A stretch of DNA of 64,000 bases from Laetmonice hystrix. Its lineage: Eukaryota. Where the stretch lies: contig OZ249441.1 of assembly GCA_965235115.1 (NCBI GenBank), positions 16,368,001 to 16,432,000 of the forward strand. Direction: 5' to 3'. Positions 39,736 through 52,138 of this stretch are shown in pieces. Below the pieces are notes generated by a model. That model was not told the DNA's origin. It ran no database searches and saw only the letters and a list, made by a program, of their open reading frames with translations. Position numbers and translations under genes: made by a program. Position 1 is the stretch's first letter; each line of letters opens with the position of its first letter.

Positions 39736-40914
39736 GACAAAACGAAGATAAGACCTCCGGACTACAGAACCTAACGAGCCCCCGTACACCTGGGAACCTT
39801 CGTTTAGTTTTACCCACCACGGTTGGCTACCCGTAGCAGGAATTAAAATATGCTTACTTGATGTCAGGTTGAGCTGCGTGAGATCCCACTTTGCTGTTTA
39901 GAGCCGAGGAGATTATATCGCCGGTCTGCGATTTCGGAAAAACAGCCAAACATGCGGGCAACCAGCCCATGCACCCCAAACTTGCACAAGGAACGGCGAG
40001 ATTTAAGTAGGCCGGACGTGATGGTCGGTACCGACTACTCTTACGTAACGATTTGATCTCCTTTCAATGAGAGCTCATGAAAACTGGAAAGAGAACTGTC
40101 CAAAATGATTCATTGTTTATTTCGACTAAAATTTTGATCCTGCGACCATTTTGATATCAATGATGTTTCCGATGATATTCGCTGCTGATATAGCGAGATC
40201 TATATCTGGTTGTTATTGCAAACGGAGTTCTAGTTTGGAATCTTAATAAACAAACATCATTTATTGGTGTTGCCTATCCTCATATCGTTTCTGACTTTGA
40301 TCCGAGGCGTGACTAGAAACGGCAGGCAGGTTAAACCACCTGTTCCGACAGGAAACCAAAGCTAACCTTCAATTATCTGGTAAATTCTCTACAGAATAAG
40401 TCACAGTCTACATAGTATCAGCTGCGGGAGGGGGTGGGGTGTATCCTGGACAGAACGCTGCATAAACCCCCAAACTTACCAAATGTGGGACCTTTCAAAA
40501 CAACACAACAAAGTGTGCTCGTGGCAGGGATACGAGTGCACACTGATCTGATGGGGCGAGGTCAGATTCTGGGACTCTACAACCAGGCTGTGCCAAACTC
40601 CTGCACCCTGTCACCTTCACACATAACACATAAACACATGTGAGCTTCTTATTCGTAAATTTTATCTTCTGGCCCATTAACTAAAAAAAACTCATCATTT
40701 ATATATACAGAAACGTGAATACTCTAACCATTGATAAGTTTGCGTGTTTAAAACTCCTAACTTACACGTTTCTTTGCGTCAGCCATTAATCTAAGCGCAG
40801 GGTTAAGGAAAAGGGACACCCCGAGTTCTGAGAATCTGTTAATCGGTTTCCACATCTGTACCAACATGTCACAACTCGATCACGGGACTGTAGGGGCATG
40901 GGGCCAATACAATA

Positions 40915-41100
40915 CACAAAAGTTCAAACCAGGACTTCATGTGTCCAAACCTGGACACAATGAAGGAACAGATACGGCACAAAAGTTCAAACCAGGACTT
41001 CATGTGTCCAAACCTGGACACAATGAAGGAACAGTGACGGCACAAAAGTTCAAACCAGGACTTCATGTGTCCAAACCTGGACACAATGAAGGAACAGATA
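40915..41100. repeat. 63-bp tandem repeat x3 with an internal 8-bp hairpin
   Basis: agttcaaacc at 40921, 40984 and 41047; tgtgtcca-aacc-tggacaca in each unit. Confidence 0.95.
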
Positions 41101-41662
41101 GGCACTATAAGTGATAAATCCAAACTGTTCAATAACAGACCGATCCCTATTGCCAGGCAACAATTTTATGTGGGACTTCATCCAACTTTGATACACAACA
41201 TGTGAAAGACTAAAATATAGGATGATCAGTGTTTATTTAGGCAGTTCTATGGAAACAAGTAGAACAGTCACATTCGCGCAGAGTGAAATCGGAAACGTAT
41301 TAAGTCAAGCATGCTCGCGAACATGTTTTCAGTAAAACATGTTTCGTTATCATGGATACAGTCAGTTCTATGCTAAATTGGTTCAGGCACCAGGCCTGAA
41401 CCAGACTAGTTGACAAAGTACCTTGCAAAACGAGTGCTTCCTTTGCAGACCAGCATCCCCATCCGTCCAAAATGAAAAAAAAACACTTCTGGCTATCGGG
41501 ATGAATATTAAAGGCCGGTACTTTAATGACTATGAAATGTGAAGGGGGCGCTGTTTGCAAACTGCATCAGAGAGTCTGGGGTCTTATCCCCAGGAAAACT
41601 TGAATCTTAGCAAGCTACCTCGGAGAGAGGTCAAACCCCTAAAGCCACATGTGTCATTGAGA

Positions 41663-44600
41663 TTAGTCGTATTCTGGATCTTCTGCATGTCTCCCCTTTG
41701 GCCCCCATGATAAACTGGGGCCCTTCCACGCTTTGGCATGATCGTATCGATGTTTCCTTCCAGAACCTGCATGCCTCCCAACTGGCTCATCACCATCCAG
41801 ATCCTCGTCAGATACAGGGTCTGCACCCTCCTGGGTCCTGCATGTGTAAAAGATGGGTTCCGCATACAATTATAGTCATCTGGGACACCTACGTGTACAC
41901 ATTTTTATTATGGCACGTACGTTTACAGGACATTGATCTATAGAATCGCTAACCACAGAATCAATATTTTACAGACATAACTTCGAATGAAACACAAATG
42001 GCTGCCATGCGTAGTCTAGCTCTGCAGTGAAACGATGAAGACGAACTCCGCACTTCGCGTCATAATCATTCTACAATGGTTGAACAACTTACATTTTATC
42101 TGCACCGAGACAGCAGCGTTCAAAGACGGTAATACACGACTCTCTGGAACTGCCCATCATCAGTGAAAACGTGCGGGCGGCCCTGGAACACTCCACGCTC
42201 ATCGAGTCCTCCTGCGTCGACTTGGTAACAAATGTCTGTCCAGCCCGGCAGCACAAGTGGCGCGGGTTCCCTGTACATGATTAACAATATGTTATCAGTC
42301 TTTTCATTGGAAATGAAGAAAAAATGTATATGTCAACATTTTTAGTAAGAAATACTTATTAATGTGAATCTGGCTGCGGCTAAGTCAATAAGGTGTCAAT
42401 AAAGGTGACTGGGAATGACATAAATTTATAATAATTTTGTCTCGAAGAGAAACCTACATCTCTTCTTTTGGTCGACCGGTTTCCTCGGATGCTTCTCAAG
42501 GTTGTAGAGCGTATCGGCGTCATCAATATCAATGTCCTCTTCGTAGCCATCCGTCATCTCCTGATATGGAATTCGTACCTTGAATGTACTTGTATTTGTA
42601 TAGGTATAGGATTTCAGAGGGATATTTGATTCAGTCACTTTGTATGGAGTAGGAGTGGTTGAGTGTATCTTTGTGTCCGTGGTCCTCTATAGGGCCTATA
42701 AGTATGTGTGGGGTGGGAGTGTGTGTGTGTATCCCTGTATCCATGGTCCTTTATAGGGCCTAAGTATACATGACTTAGATAGTTGAAGTGCATTCGGGTT
42801 AGTTAGGTACAGAAGCGACTGCCAAAAAGCTAAGATAAATAAACACGGCATGGTCAGGGTGCCAGTTGATATTCTCATCTGTTGACTCTAATAAACACGG
42901 CATGGTCAGGGTGCCAGTTGACATTCTCATACTGTTGACTCTAATAAACACGGCATGGTCAGGGTGCCAGTTGACATTCTCATACTGTTGACTCTAATAA
43001 ACACGGCAAAGTCAGGGTGCCAGTTGACATTCTCATACTGTTGACTCTAATAAACACGGCAAAGTCAGGGTGCCAGTTGACATTCTCATACTGTTGACTC
43101 TAATAAACACGGCATGGTCAGGGTGCCATTTGACATTCTCATACTGTTGACTCTAATAAACACGGCATGGTCAGGGTGCCAGTTGACATTCTCATACTGT
43201 TGACTCTAATAAACACGGCATGGTCAGGGTGCCAGTTGACATTCTCATACTGTTGACTCTAATAAACACAGCATGGTCAGGGTGCCATTTGACATTCTCA
43301 TACTGTTGACTCTAATAAACACGGCATGGTCAGGGTGCCAGTTGACATTCTCATACTGTTGACTCTAATAAACACGGCATGGTCAGGGTGCCAGTTGACA
43401 TTCTCATACTGTTGACTCTAATAAACACGGCATGGTCAGGGTGCCAGTTGACATTCTCATACTGTTGACTCTAATAAACACGGCATGGTCAGGGTGCCAG
43501 TTGACATTCTCATACTGTTGACTCTAATAAACACGGCATGGTCAGGGTGCCAGTTGACATTCCCATACAGACTCTAATTTTTCTCATCTGATTAGAAATA
43601 GCTAAAAAAAACTGAATATAACTTGAAAGAGATTTTTACTATTATAGTTTATGAAACAAGGCATCCCGTAAGTTTATGAAAAAATGGCTATGGTAACCCT
43701 TAAATAACTTAAAATCAATTCACCACAGAATAAATATATATTTACCTCTTCGAAGCTCTCGATAGCGTCCTCCGATTCATTGCGCCTTGTTGTGCGGTCG
43801 AAACAGCTGTACCGTGCTGAGCCTGGTCAAGTGAAAAAATTCAAACTTTGAACAAACTAAACGCATTATACACCATCACTACTGTAACCTGAGACTTTGT
43901 TTTCCATTGTGCTCCATATACAGTCAATAGGCTGGGTCAAGGCATGTATAGGCAGGAATCACCAAAGATGAGGCGTACCATTCACCGAACAACATGTGTC
44001 CCTCAGTTTATACGCTTTCTTGTATATCCGTGGCTTTCCTCGGGCCCATGGTTTCAGCGGCATGTCGGCATCGCAGAACTTGTCTATACGCATGTGTTGC
44101 ATGTCCACAAAACACTCTACCCTGGTAATGTTCTGAAACCATCACAGTATATGGTCACCATTACATCCAGACCCATGTTAATACTTTATACTTTTTCACA
44201 AAGATTTTTCATTTCACATTCTCTAATGAAGCAATTACAGACGAAGCCTTTTTGTTACTTCATAGATAAATAGTGGCACTGATTAATGGGTTTAGGACAA
44301 AGCTGAAGGAAAACTCACATTTTTGCAGCACTGTTTCATCTTCTCCACAAACTCCAGGCGGTAGTGTTTACGGTCGACGTTCCCAACGCCGTGCTTGTAC
44401 TTTTTACGGACGATTTCCATGAATCGCCGATGGGGGCGCTTCTGTATCTTCCAGCAAACAATGGAAACACGTTTTTCCATGGGCATCTGTTGTATAAAGT
44501 TATGGGTTATAATTAACTACTGCATGTGGTAATTTAACCCCTCCCTTAATGAAATATTTTGCCAATTTGGAATTATTGCTTCCTCAAGCTGTCGTGAGCA

Positions 44601-47136
44601 ACACGTTCTTTTATTTTGTTATGTTATAATAATATTTTAATATTATAGACAATGCTTTGGGCAAAAATATATTACCAAACTCAGTATAGAACTGCGTATA
44701 TATGACAGCTACGTGTACCTGAATGAATTAACTCATTACATGAATGTATGAGTGAGTGAATGGTTGAACTATAAGTAACGAGTAGAGATATCAAACCTGA
44801 GACAGGATGCTATGACGCCTGCGGTGGCCGCCATGGTGACGGCCAGTATGGTGACCACGCCTGTGATGAGAACGATGTCTACCATGGGACCCATGCTTCC
44901 TTCCCTCTGCCGCCAACTGCTGCTTCCCCCGCCCCGGGATCCTGACAGGCTTCATGGACTTCTCAAACCACCAACCGTGCTTCCCGTTCAAGGGATACTT
45001 TTGATCCCCGTCGACTTCAGGTTTTATCTTACTAGGTCTTCTCCACTGAGGACGTATGTCGTATCCCTGGCCGCCATTCCTCGATACGCCAGCCGCCTCA
45101 TCTTCCTCACCGTGGTCCACAGTGTCATCATCTTCACTAAGGTCTGTAGTGTCATCCCAGTCCTTAGTGGCTGTGTCCAGTCCGACGCTGTCAAAGTCCT
45201 CATTACTTGCCACAACATCTTCTAATTCGGCTGAGATAATTTGAACAATAAGATATAGAAAGATTCGTAACATGGTAATCATGTGTATATCTCATAATGT
45301 CACATTGTGTATGTATGTATGTTATGTAGATCACATAAAGACATTCATACCAAGACATGGTTGTTTCAAAGTGAAAACATTCAATGTCACATCTATCATG
45401 TGTATATCTCATAATGTCACATTGTGTATGTATGTATGTATGTAGATCACATAAAGACATTCATACCAAGTCATGGATGTTTCAAAGTGAAAGCATTCAA
45501 TGTCACATCTATCATGTGTATATCTCATAATGTCACATTGTGTATGTTATGTAGATCACATAAAGACATTCATACCAAGACATGGTTGTTTCAAAGTTAA
45601 AACATTCAATGTCACATCTATCATGTGTATATCTCATAATGTCACATTGTGTATGTATGTAGATCACATAAAGACATTCATACCAAGACATGGATGTTTC
45701 AAAGTGAAAGCATTCAAAGTCACATCTATCATGTTTATATCTCATAATGTCACATCGTGTATGTATGTATGTTATGTAGATCCCATAAAGACATTCATAC
45801 CAAGACATGGTTGTTTTAAAGTGAAAGCATTCAATGTCACACCTACCATGTGTATATCTCATAATGTCACATTGTGTATGTATGTAGATGCCATAAAGAC
45901 ATTCATACCAAGACATGGTTGTTTTAAAGTGAAAGCATTCAATGTCACATCTATCATGTTTATATCCCATAATGTCACATTGTGTATGTATGTATGTTAT
46001 GTAGATCCCATAAAGACATTCATACCAAGACATGGTTGTTTTAAAGTGAAAGCATTCAATGTCACATCTACCATGTGCCTGTGGGTAACTCGAGACGAGC
46101 TCAAGTGGTTTTGAATGATAAAATGACGTTATCGATACATACCCATATTCTCGTCCACGACATCGAGAAGGTTAGTGTACATTACGTCAGCATCTTCACC
46201 ATTGCTGCCTGGAAAGAGAGTCAGCAGTATGGTCTGAGGAATTATACAGTAGTATACAGTAAAACAGACAATCACAAAAGGTTTGTAAGTTCCTTCTCCG
46301 TGTAATTATCTCTCTCACTTAGTGTTAACAAGTTTGGATGCCATAAATGTTGGGGACTTTACACATCGGCATATCTCGGCTGATTCTGAATTGGACTCGA
46401 GGAAATAATTCCTAGACTCGTGAATGGTACAATATATTTTTGATAAATAGTTGGTTAAATTAAAAAGTCTTCCTTGCGATCTCGACACGCAGTTTACAGT
46501 TTAACTGAATCCGCACAACAATAACACAAAAGGGTTCGAAGTCCAGTCTGAGTGTCGTTTTGAAAACTCGACGCAAACCCAAGACAAGCGTTCCCTAATA
46601 TTGATTGATTGCAGATCAAAAGTCCGAACACGCATGGCAGTAAGGGTGATCTCTTGTGAAGTTTGTCGAATACATACACGAATATATAAACCGATCTTTT
46701 CTTGTATCAAAGTTACATTTCTGTGGGATCATAGGCCATCTATAATCTTTCCAATGTGTATATTTTAATCTCCAATCTATACAATATATGTAACAGGATA
46801 AAGTTTTCTCCAATCAGCCTGAGAAAATAAGGCGAATGAACCAAGAAGTAGATACCGCGATGTTCTCTCAAAAAGTCTGTTTGGTCAGAAGACAAGAGTA
46901 GATTAGATACCAGTGGAATAACTTTTACTATACTATTACGATATCGTTTCCCAAACCATGGTTCTCTGATCTGGATTTGCCCATACCGGTTATACAAATG
47001 TAATTAGATGACCTTTGACATTCTTACAAAGTAAAAGAACCGATAGGGGACTCTTACCTTCTTCATACTGGGCCACTACGGTGGTCACAAGTACCACAGC
47101 CCAGAACAGAGAGTAGATTCTGCCCCGTCCAACCAT
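41663..47136 (-). CDS. Secreted acidic/His-rich protein with ECM1/albumin-type cysteine doublets and an anaphylatoxin-like domain, 9 exons, about 477 aa
   Basis: Phase-consistent GT-AG exons: 47136-47058 (signal peptide MVGRGRIYSLFWAVVLVTTVVA), 46208-46143, 45230-44797, 44486-44319, 44132-43979, 43822-43746, 42560-42458, 42270-42093, 41837-41663 (1434 nt). Motifs QCCKNNITRVECF, TCCSVNGSARYSCF and LCCRAG..C..C....RCC. Confidence 0.8.
42838..43572. repeat. 53-bp minisatellite, about 14 copies, in intron 6 of the secreted-protein gene
   Basis: Unit aataaacacggcatggtcagggtgccagttgacattctcatactgttgactct. Confidence 0.97.
45278..46076. repeat. 108-117-bp tandem repeat, about 7 copies, with a variable internal (tatg)n, filling intron 2 of the secreted-protein gene
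   Basis: Unit starts near 45278, 45395, 45511, 45620, 45728, 45845, 45953 and 46070. Confidence 0.95.
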
Positions 47137-48098
47137 GGTCCTAGCGTGAGCTCGTCCACGAGTCTGTTAATCTGACGACGGGTTCTCCCAGCGTTTATAG
47201 CTGGGACCAGCAGCCCCCTCCCCCTACCCTCCCCTAACACGTGACTATGATTCAGACAGGCTCTCGCGAACGCCACATTTAGACATCGAACCTTCTCGGA
47301 GGTGCCAAAGCAGTGTGATGTGACGACAGCTCTCACGCCATCGTATGGCTCTGCTTTCTCAACCCTCGTGTCATTCACTGAACTTTTACTGATGTAATCT
47401 TTCTCCGAATCCCAAATAAATAGACGCACAGGGATAACATTGTGAAAGTTTACATAAAAATTGTATCAGGCATAGATTATATGTAATAATACATTACGAG
47501 GGAAAGATTAGGGTAGAGTTGTGGCGGCTGATTCAATGAAACAATTAGATTGATTCCCGTAAAAACATTGCCTGTATGACATGTAGGACCAGACTGGCTC
47601 ACTGCCGACCTGAGTTCTGAGTCAATCAGGTGTCAAAGTGACAACCTTCATCTACACCAAACAGATTTTAAAAAGTGAAAGCAGTATTATGTATAGAGCT
47701 CCGTGGATGCCAGCTAAGTGAACGTTGCATAAAAAAATAACTTCATCATATTTCATATGTGATTAATGTACATATAAGGACATGTACATAATATAGACGC
47801 CGCTAACTTACATGTTTAACCGTTGATATTATCACTATAGACTCAGTCCCGTTGGAAACACGTATTGAACTCGTTCGCTGTACCCCGAGTAATTGCACTC
47901 TAAACTATACCGAAAAGAATCACAATAGTTATGATATAGAAAACATTTAAAGTTCATATTAAACACTCAGAAAAGGAGACGAAACTGATCATTTATCGTC
48001 CGACCCAGGTCATCACCTGTGCGTTCGTCATTCTTAGCGTCATGAGGTCAATCTGACACAACTATACTGACACAATCGTTATAGAACTGTGGACATCT

Positions 48099-50193
48099 TC
48101 ACAGTGTCGTTGCTGCTGTAGTTTCTCCATTGGTAAGAGCTACTGCTTGTTCGCAATCGTGCAGCATGACTCGTTTATCCTTTGCGTTGCGACTGCATGT
48201 GAATATAGCCTTCATGGAATGGCGAAAGTGAACATTAACTACGCAGTAGAGGACAAAATGAAAGGCGAAATTTGAAGCCTGTAAAAGATTCAGACATCCT
48301 ACGATGACGTTATACGCCGAGGTGAAATTCGGTGCCGACATGACAGAGAGGCGCAGGAATGTACTGACTTCTGCTGGAAGTACAAGCACCGTATACATGA
48401 GCACAATCATTGCAAGAGTTAGACTGATCCGGTGGGTGTCCGACTGACCCATGGCTGACAGTGACTGCCCGGGTTCGCGGAACCACAGTGATTTTCTCAG
48501 GGCTTTCACCAGCCGGATGTTGCAGAACATTAGCATCGTGAAGGGCAACACGGTGGCGAAAAAAAAATACGTACAAATGTAAGTCATATGCAAAGTCTGC
48601 CTTTGTTTAAAAATTCCTTGCGACCGGAAGTAGACACTCCAACCTCCTATACATTCCATGGTGTCCACGACCTCTTTCCAAAAGCGCGGTAAATTGCAGA
48701 CGACACAAAGTAGGAAGATGACAACAATAGAAATCCGTGCACGACAGCCACTGATCACACAACGGGCCTGTAGAGGACGACAGATGGCAACATACCTGGA
48801 AATGGACAAACAGTTCCATTCAATCAGTCATCTATTTTATGAACTATTTCCATGACCTCTCTGTCTCTCTCTGTCTCTGTCTCTGTCTCTGTCTCTCTTT
48901 GTCTCTACCCCTTTCATTCGTTAAATTCCCACTCAAGTATACATCGGACTTTTAACAAAGTTTAAAATATGGTTCATGAAAGTCATAAAACTAACCCCTG
49001 GAAACGAATCACAGCGGGAACTTAATCAAGACCGTGATAGATTGAGACCTTAATATTTCTGCGGAAACATAATATACTATGCCATAATATATTATAGGAC
49101 CTGGATTGTTACATAAACCCGCTGGGGTTTCTACAATCCCCCCATCAGCAGGCAATCCTGCTCAACATGAATTACTCTGCTCCATTCTTGTTTGGTAATT
49201 AAAAAAGAGAAGGAAATAGCTACCTGCTGATTGCCATAGCAACCGTTAACCACGTGCTACACATGACAAACACGTTGATGAGAGCGTCGCTGTAGAGGCT
49301 GTAGTAGAGGTTAAAACTTGGGTTCATGAAGTAAAACTGTCGAGGGACCCAGGCATGTGGCAGGACACATGCACAAAACATCATGTCTGAAAGGGCCAGC
49401 GCTGCCAATCCCATATAGACCGTTCGCTCCATTGTCGTCATGCCTACGGTAATAAATTGATACGAACTATTAATTACTAAGGAGAAACTTTCGAGAATTT
49501 TAACTACTAGTGTAAGAAAACTATAAATTTACATCATGTTGAATGGGGGGTTTTTAAACTCAGAAGCGATCTATCATTATATGAGGGCGATATTTGTGGG
49601 AACCGGAGTTAAACCTCAGACCAGTGGCAAGCAGCTGACAAACTGTTCACAATAGTCAAGATTGCTGAGATTAAAGAGTCGTTGAGATATGAAGCCCTGG
49701 ATAGGAGGTATTAAGCTGCAAAACACCTTTGTTCATAATGCTAATAATCAAGGTAGGTGGTTTATGATTACACATCCTTTGATGTGAAAATCATGAACTA
49801 TTATTCACGTAATACGCACGCGGTCTTTTGGAAATTGAAAAGTTCAGTCGAATTATGTGAATTGATTTTCAGTTTTATGTCCGGAAGGTCTACATATAGT
49901 CACTAACCTGCCTGCAATCTGCGTCGCGTTAGGACAGCCATGTTGAGGGCATTGCCCACAAGTCCAGCCACGCACACCAGAGTGACCACTTTGGAGTAGA
50001 GCAAATGTTCTGCCCTCACCAAAATGTCGTCTGCCCCGGTTCCATTGTGTCGGACCGCGCCCGAATACCGCCAATTTCCGTCCTGCGGGAAAAGTTCCGG
50101 CTCCTGCCGGTTGGTTTCCGACCAGTTCAGACTGGAGCCCGGAGTGGTGACGTTGGAAAATGCCACAAGCGCCAGTGGTATGCAATCGGCCAT
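48099..50193 (-). CDS. Rhodopsin-class peptide GPCR, FMRFamide-receptor-like orphan, 3 coding exons, about 400 aa
   Basis: Exons 50193-49908, 49443-49224 and 48795-48099, phase-consistent. Motifs GLVGNALN (TM1), LALSDMMFC (TM2), STWLTVAMAISRYVAICRPL (TM3), CNLPRFW (TM4), VLPF..L (TM5), VL.LP (TM6), SNFAFHFVLYC (TM7). An in-frame stop lies upstream of the ATG at 50193. Confidence 0.92.
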
Positions 50194-50894
50194 CGTTCAG
50201 GCACTGGTCTACGATCGTCGCCACTGTCTCCACGGTTGCCTTCCAGTCTGCAGCAATAAATACACCAATTAAAGACCAAAAAGATGAGATTATTTTTACA
50301 AAGGCGCTTTAACTCTTTTGCATCTGAACAGCATTCCTACACGCAATAGCTGTCTTGATGGGTCTGGATTTACGAACACTTTCGATTGTTTTTTAAAGAT
50401 ATCCCCATAGGTGGTTCATAACGAAGAATATAATTTTTCTCTGCATGTCCCAAAGCTGATGTGGGCACGGCGTTAGGTATGGCGTCCTGATGGGTACGCT
50501 AAAGTCAGGACCTCAGGCCAAGCAAACACAGACTCGTCATCGATAATAATCACTGCAATACTGGAAAAATATAAAGAAGAACTAAAAACCAACATCGAAT
50601 ACGGCCATGCATGTCAAACGAGCGGGAAAAGGTCTTCAAATAACGTTCATCATTTATAAGTTCCCACACCTTCGGTATGGTTGTAGCAGCATGAAACCCT
50701 TGTCGGAACTATTAAAGGAGAAGTCCAGTCAAAAATCACATTTGGACAGCTGCAAGGCCTCTATATACACTGGCCTTTCAGAGTAGTGGTTGGAAATAAA
50801 TGTCCCCCCATTCCAAGAAGTCATATGTTGAACATGACAACCGTGTCAAAATCACTGGCTTTAGCGGCGCAGCCATTTGTTGCTATTGGGCTGG

Positions 50895-50907
50895 CCGGAA
50901 GTGACGT
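50895..50907. promoter_or_regulatory. Composite ETS-CRE motif CCGGAAGTGACGT
   Basis: Exact motif about 700 bp upstream of the GPCR ATG, at the edge of a GC-rich block. Confidence 0.4.
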
Positions 50908-51586
50908 TCCGGGGCTAATTTATTGCATGCCGGGGCTAGGCTAGACTAGACTAAAGTAAAGGCAGCCGAGGCGGGTAGGCAAAATCAACGGGGGTCAGTC
51001 CCACAGTCACAGTCACAACTAAAACAGGTCTGTGCCGAACTGACCACAGGAGCCTGACACTGCCAGCACCCGCCCGCGGTCGGAGCCACGGTCAGGGCCC
51101 GGCCCAGTGGCCCTGCGGGCCCCGTCAACATCACCTCCGAGCGAGACGAATTGAATGCCGGCGGCCAAAACCCACGGCTGGAGCTTGCCCAGATCCCTGT
51201 CCACCCTGATATATCCCCTGACATCGGTAGGCTTAATTCCTAGCCATTCCTCATCACTATGATCGATGGTTTTCGTCTATGTTCTAACAAATTTTGCTTA
51301 TATAAATAAGCTGTCAACGTTCGCTCAACGCAACAGGTGCGTCAGTTTTTCGTTCCTCCCAAACCGGAGAGCAGTGGTTGGAGCATGCGCATTGTGAGAT
51401 TAGCCCAAGGAGCAGACAGCTATGGCCGCCATCACCAGCGGAGCAGGTTCTAAGCAGGCTCCGGCACTAAATGCTTATATCTTAACTATTTGAGCACCAA
51501 TTGTGTTCAAATCTTTTTTAAATTGCTTAGAATATCACGGCCTGTGTGCTTTGCCTGTACACACTGGCGGTGGACGTTTCTTTTAA

Positions 51587-52138
51587 GTAATACACAATCG
51601 ATCAGATCGGAACTATTAGGTAACACACAATCGATCAGATCGGAACTATTAGGTAATACACAATCGATGAGATCGGAACTATTAGGTAACACACAATCGA
51701 TGAGATCGGAACTATTAGGTAATACACAATCGATGAGATCGGAACTATTAGGTAATACACAATCGATGAGATCGGAACTATTAGGTAATACACAATCGAT
51801 GAGATCGGAACTATTAGGTAATACACAATCGATGAGATCGGAACTATTAGGTAATACACAATCGATGAGATCGGAACTATTAGGTAATACACAATCGATC
51901 AGATCGGAACTATTAGGTAATACACAATCGATGAGATCGGAACTATTAGGTAACACACAATCGATGAGATCGGAACTATTAGGTAATACACAATCGATGA
52001 GATCGGAACTATTAGGTAACACACAATCGATCAGATCGGAACTATTAGGTAACACACAATCGATGAGATCGGAACTATTAGGTAATACACAATCGATGAG
52101 ATCGGAACTATTAGGTAATACACAATCGATGAGATCGG
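51587..52138. repeat. 33-bp minisatellite (gtaatacacaatcgatgagatcggaactattag), about 17 copies
   Basis: Direct tandem periodicity; this array explains the ORFs at 51490-52190. Confidence 0.97.

Noticed and set aside
45500-46114. Cys/His/Tyr-rich ORFs of 166-204 aa
   Set aside because: Translations of an intronic ~113-bp tandem repeat.
49853-50272. Alternative ORFs overlapping GPCR exon 1
   Set aside because: Off-frame or antisense; the 50193 frame carries TM1 and splices in phase.
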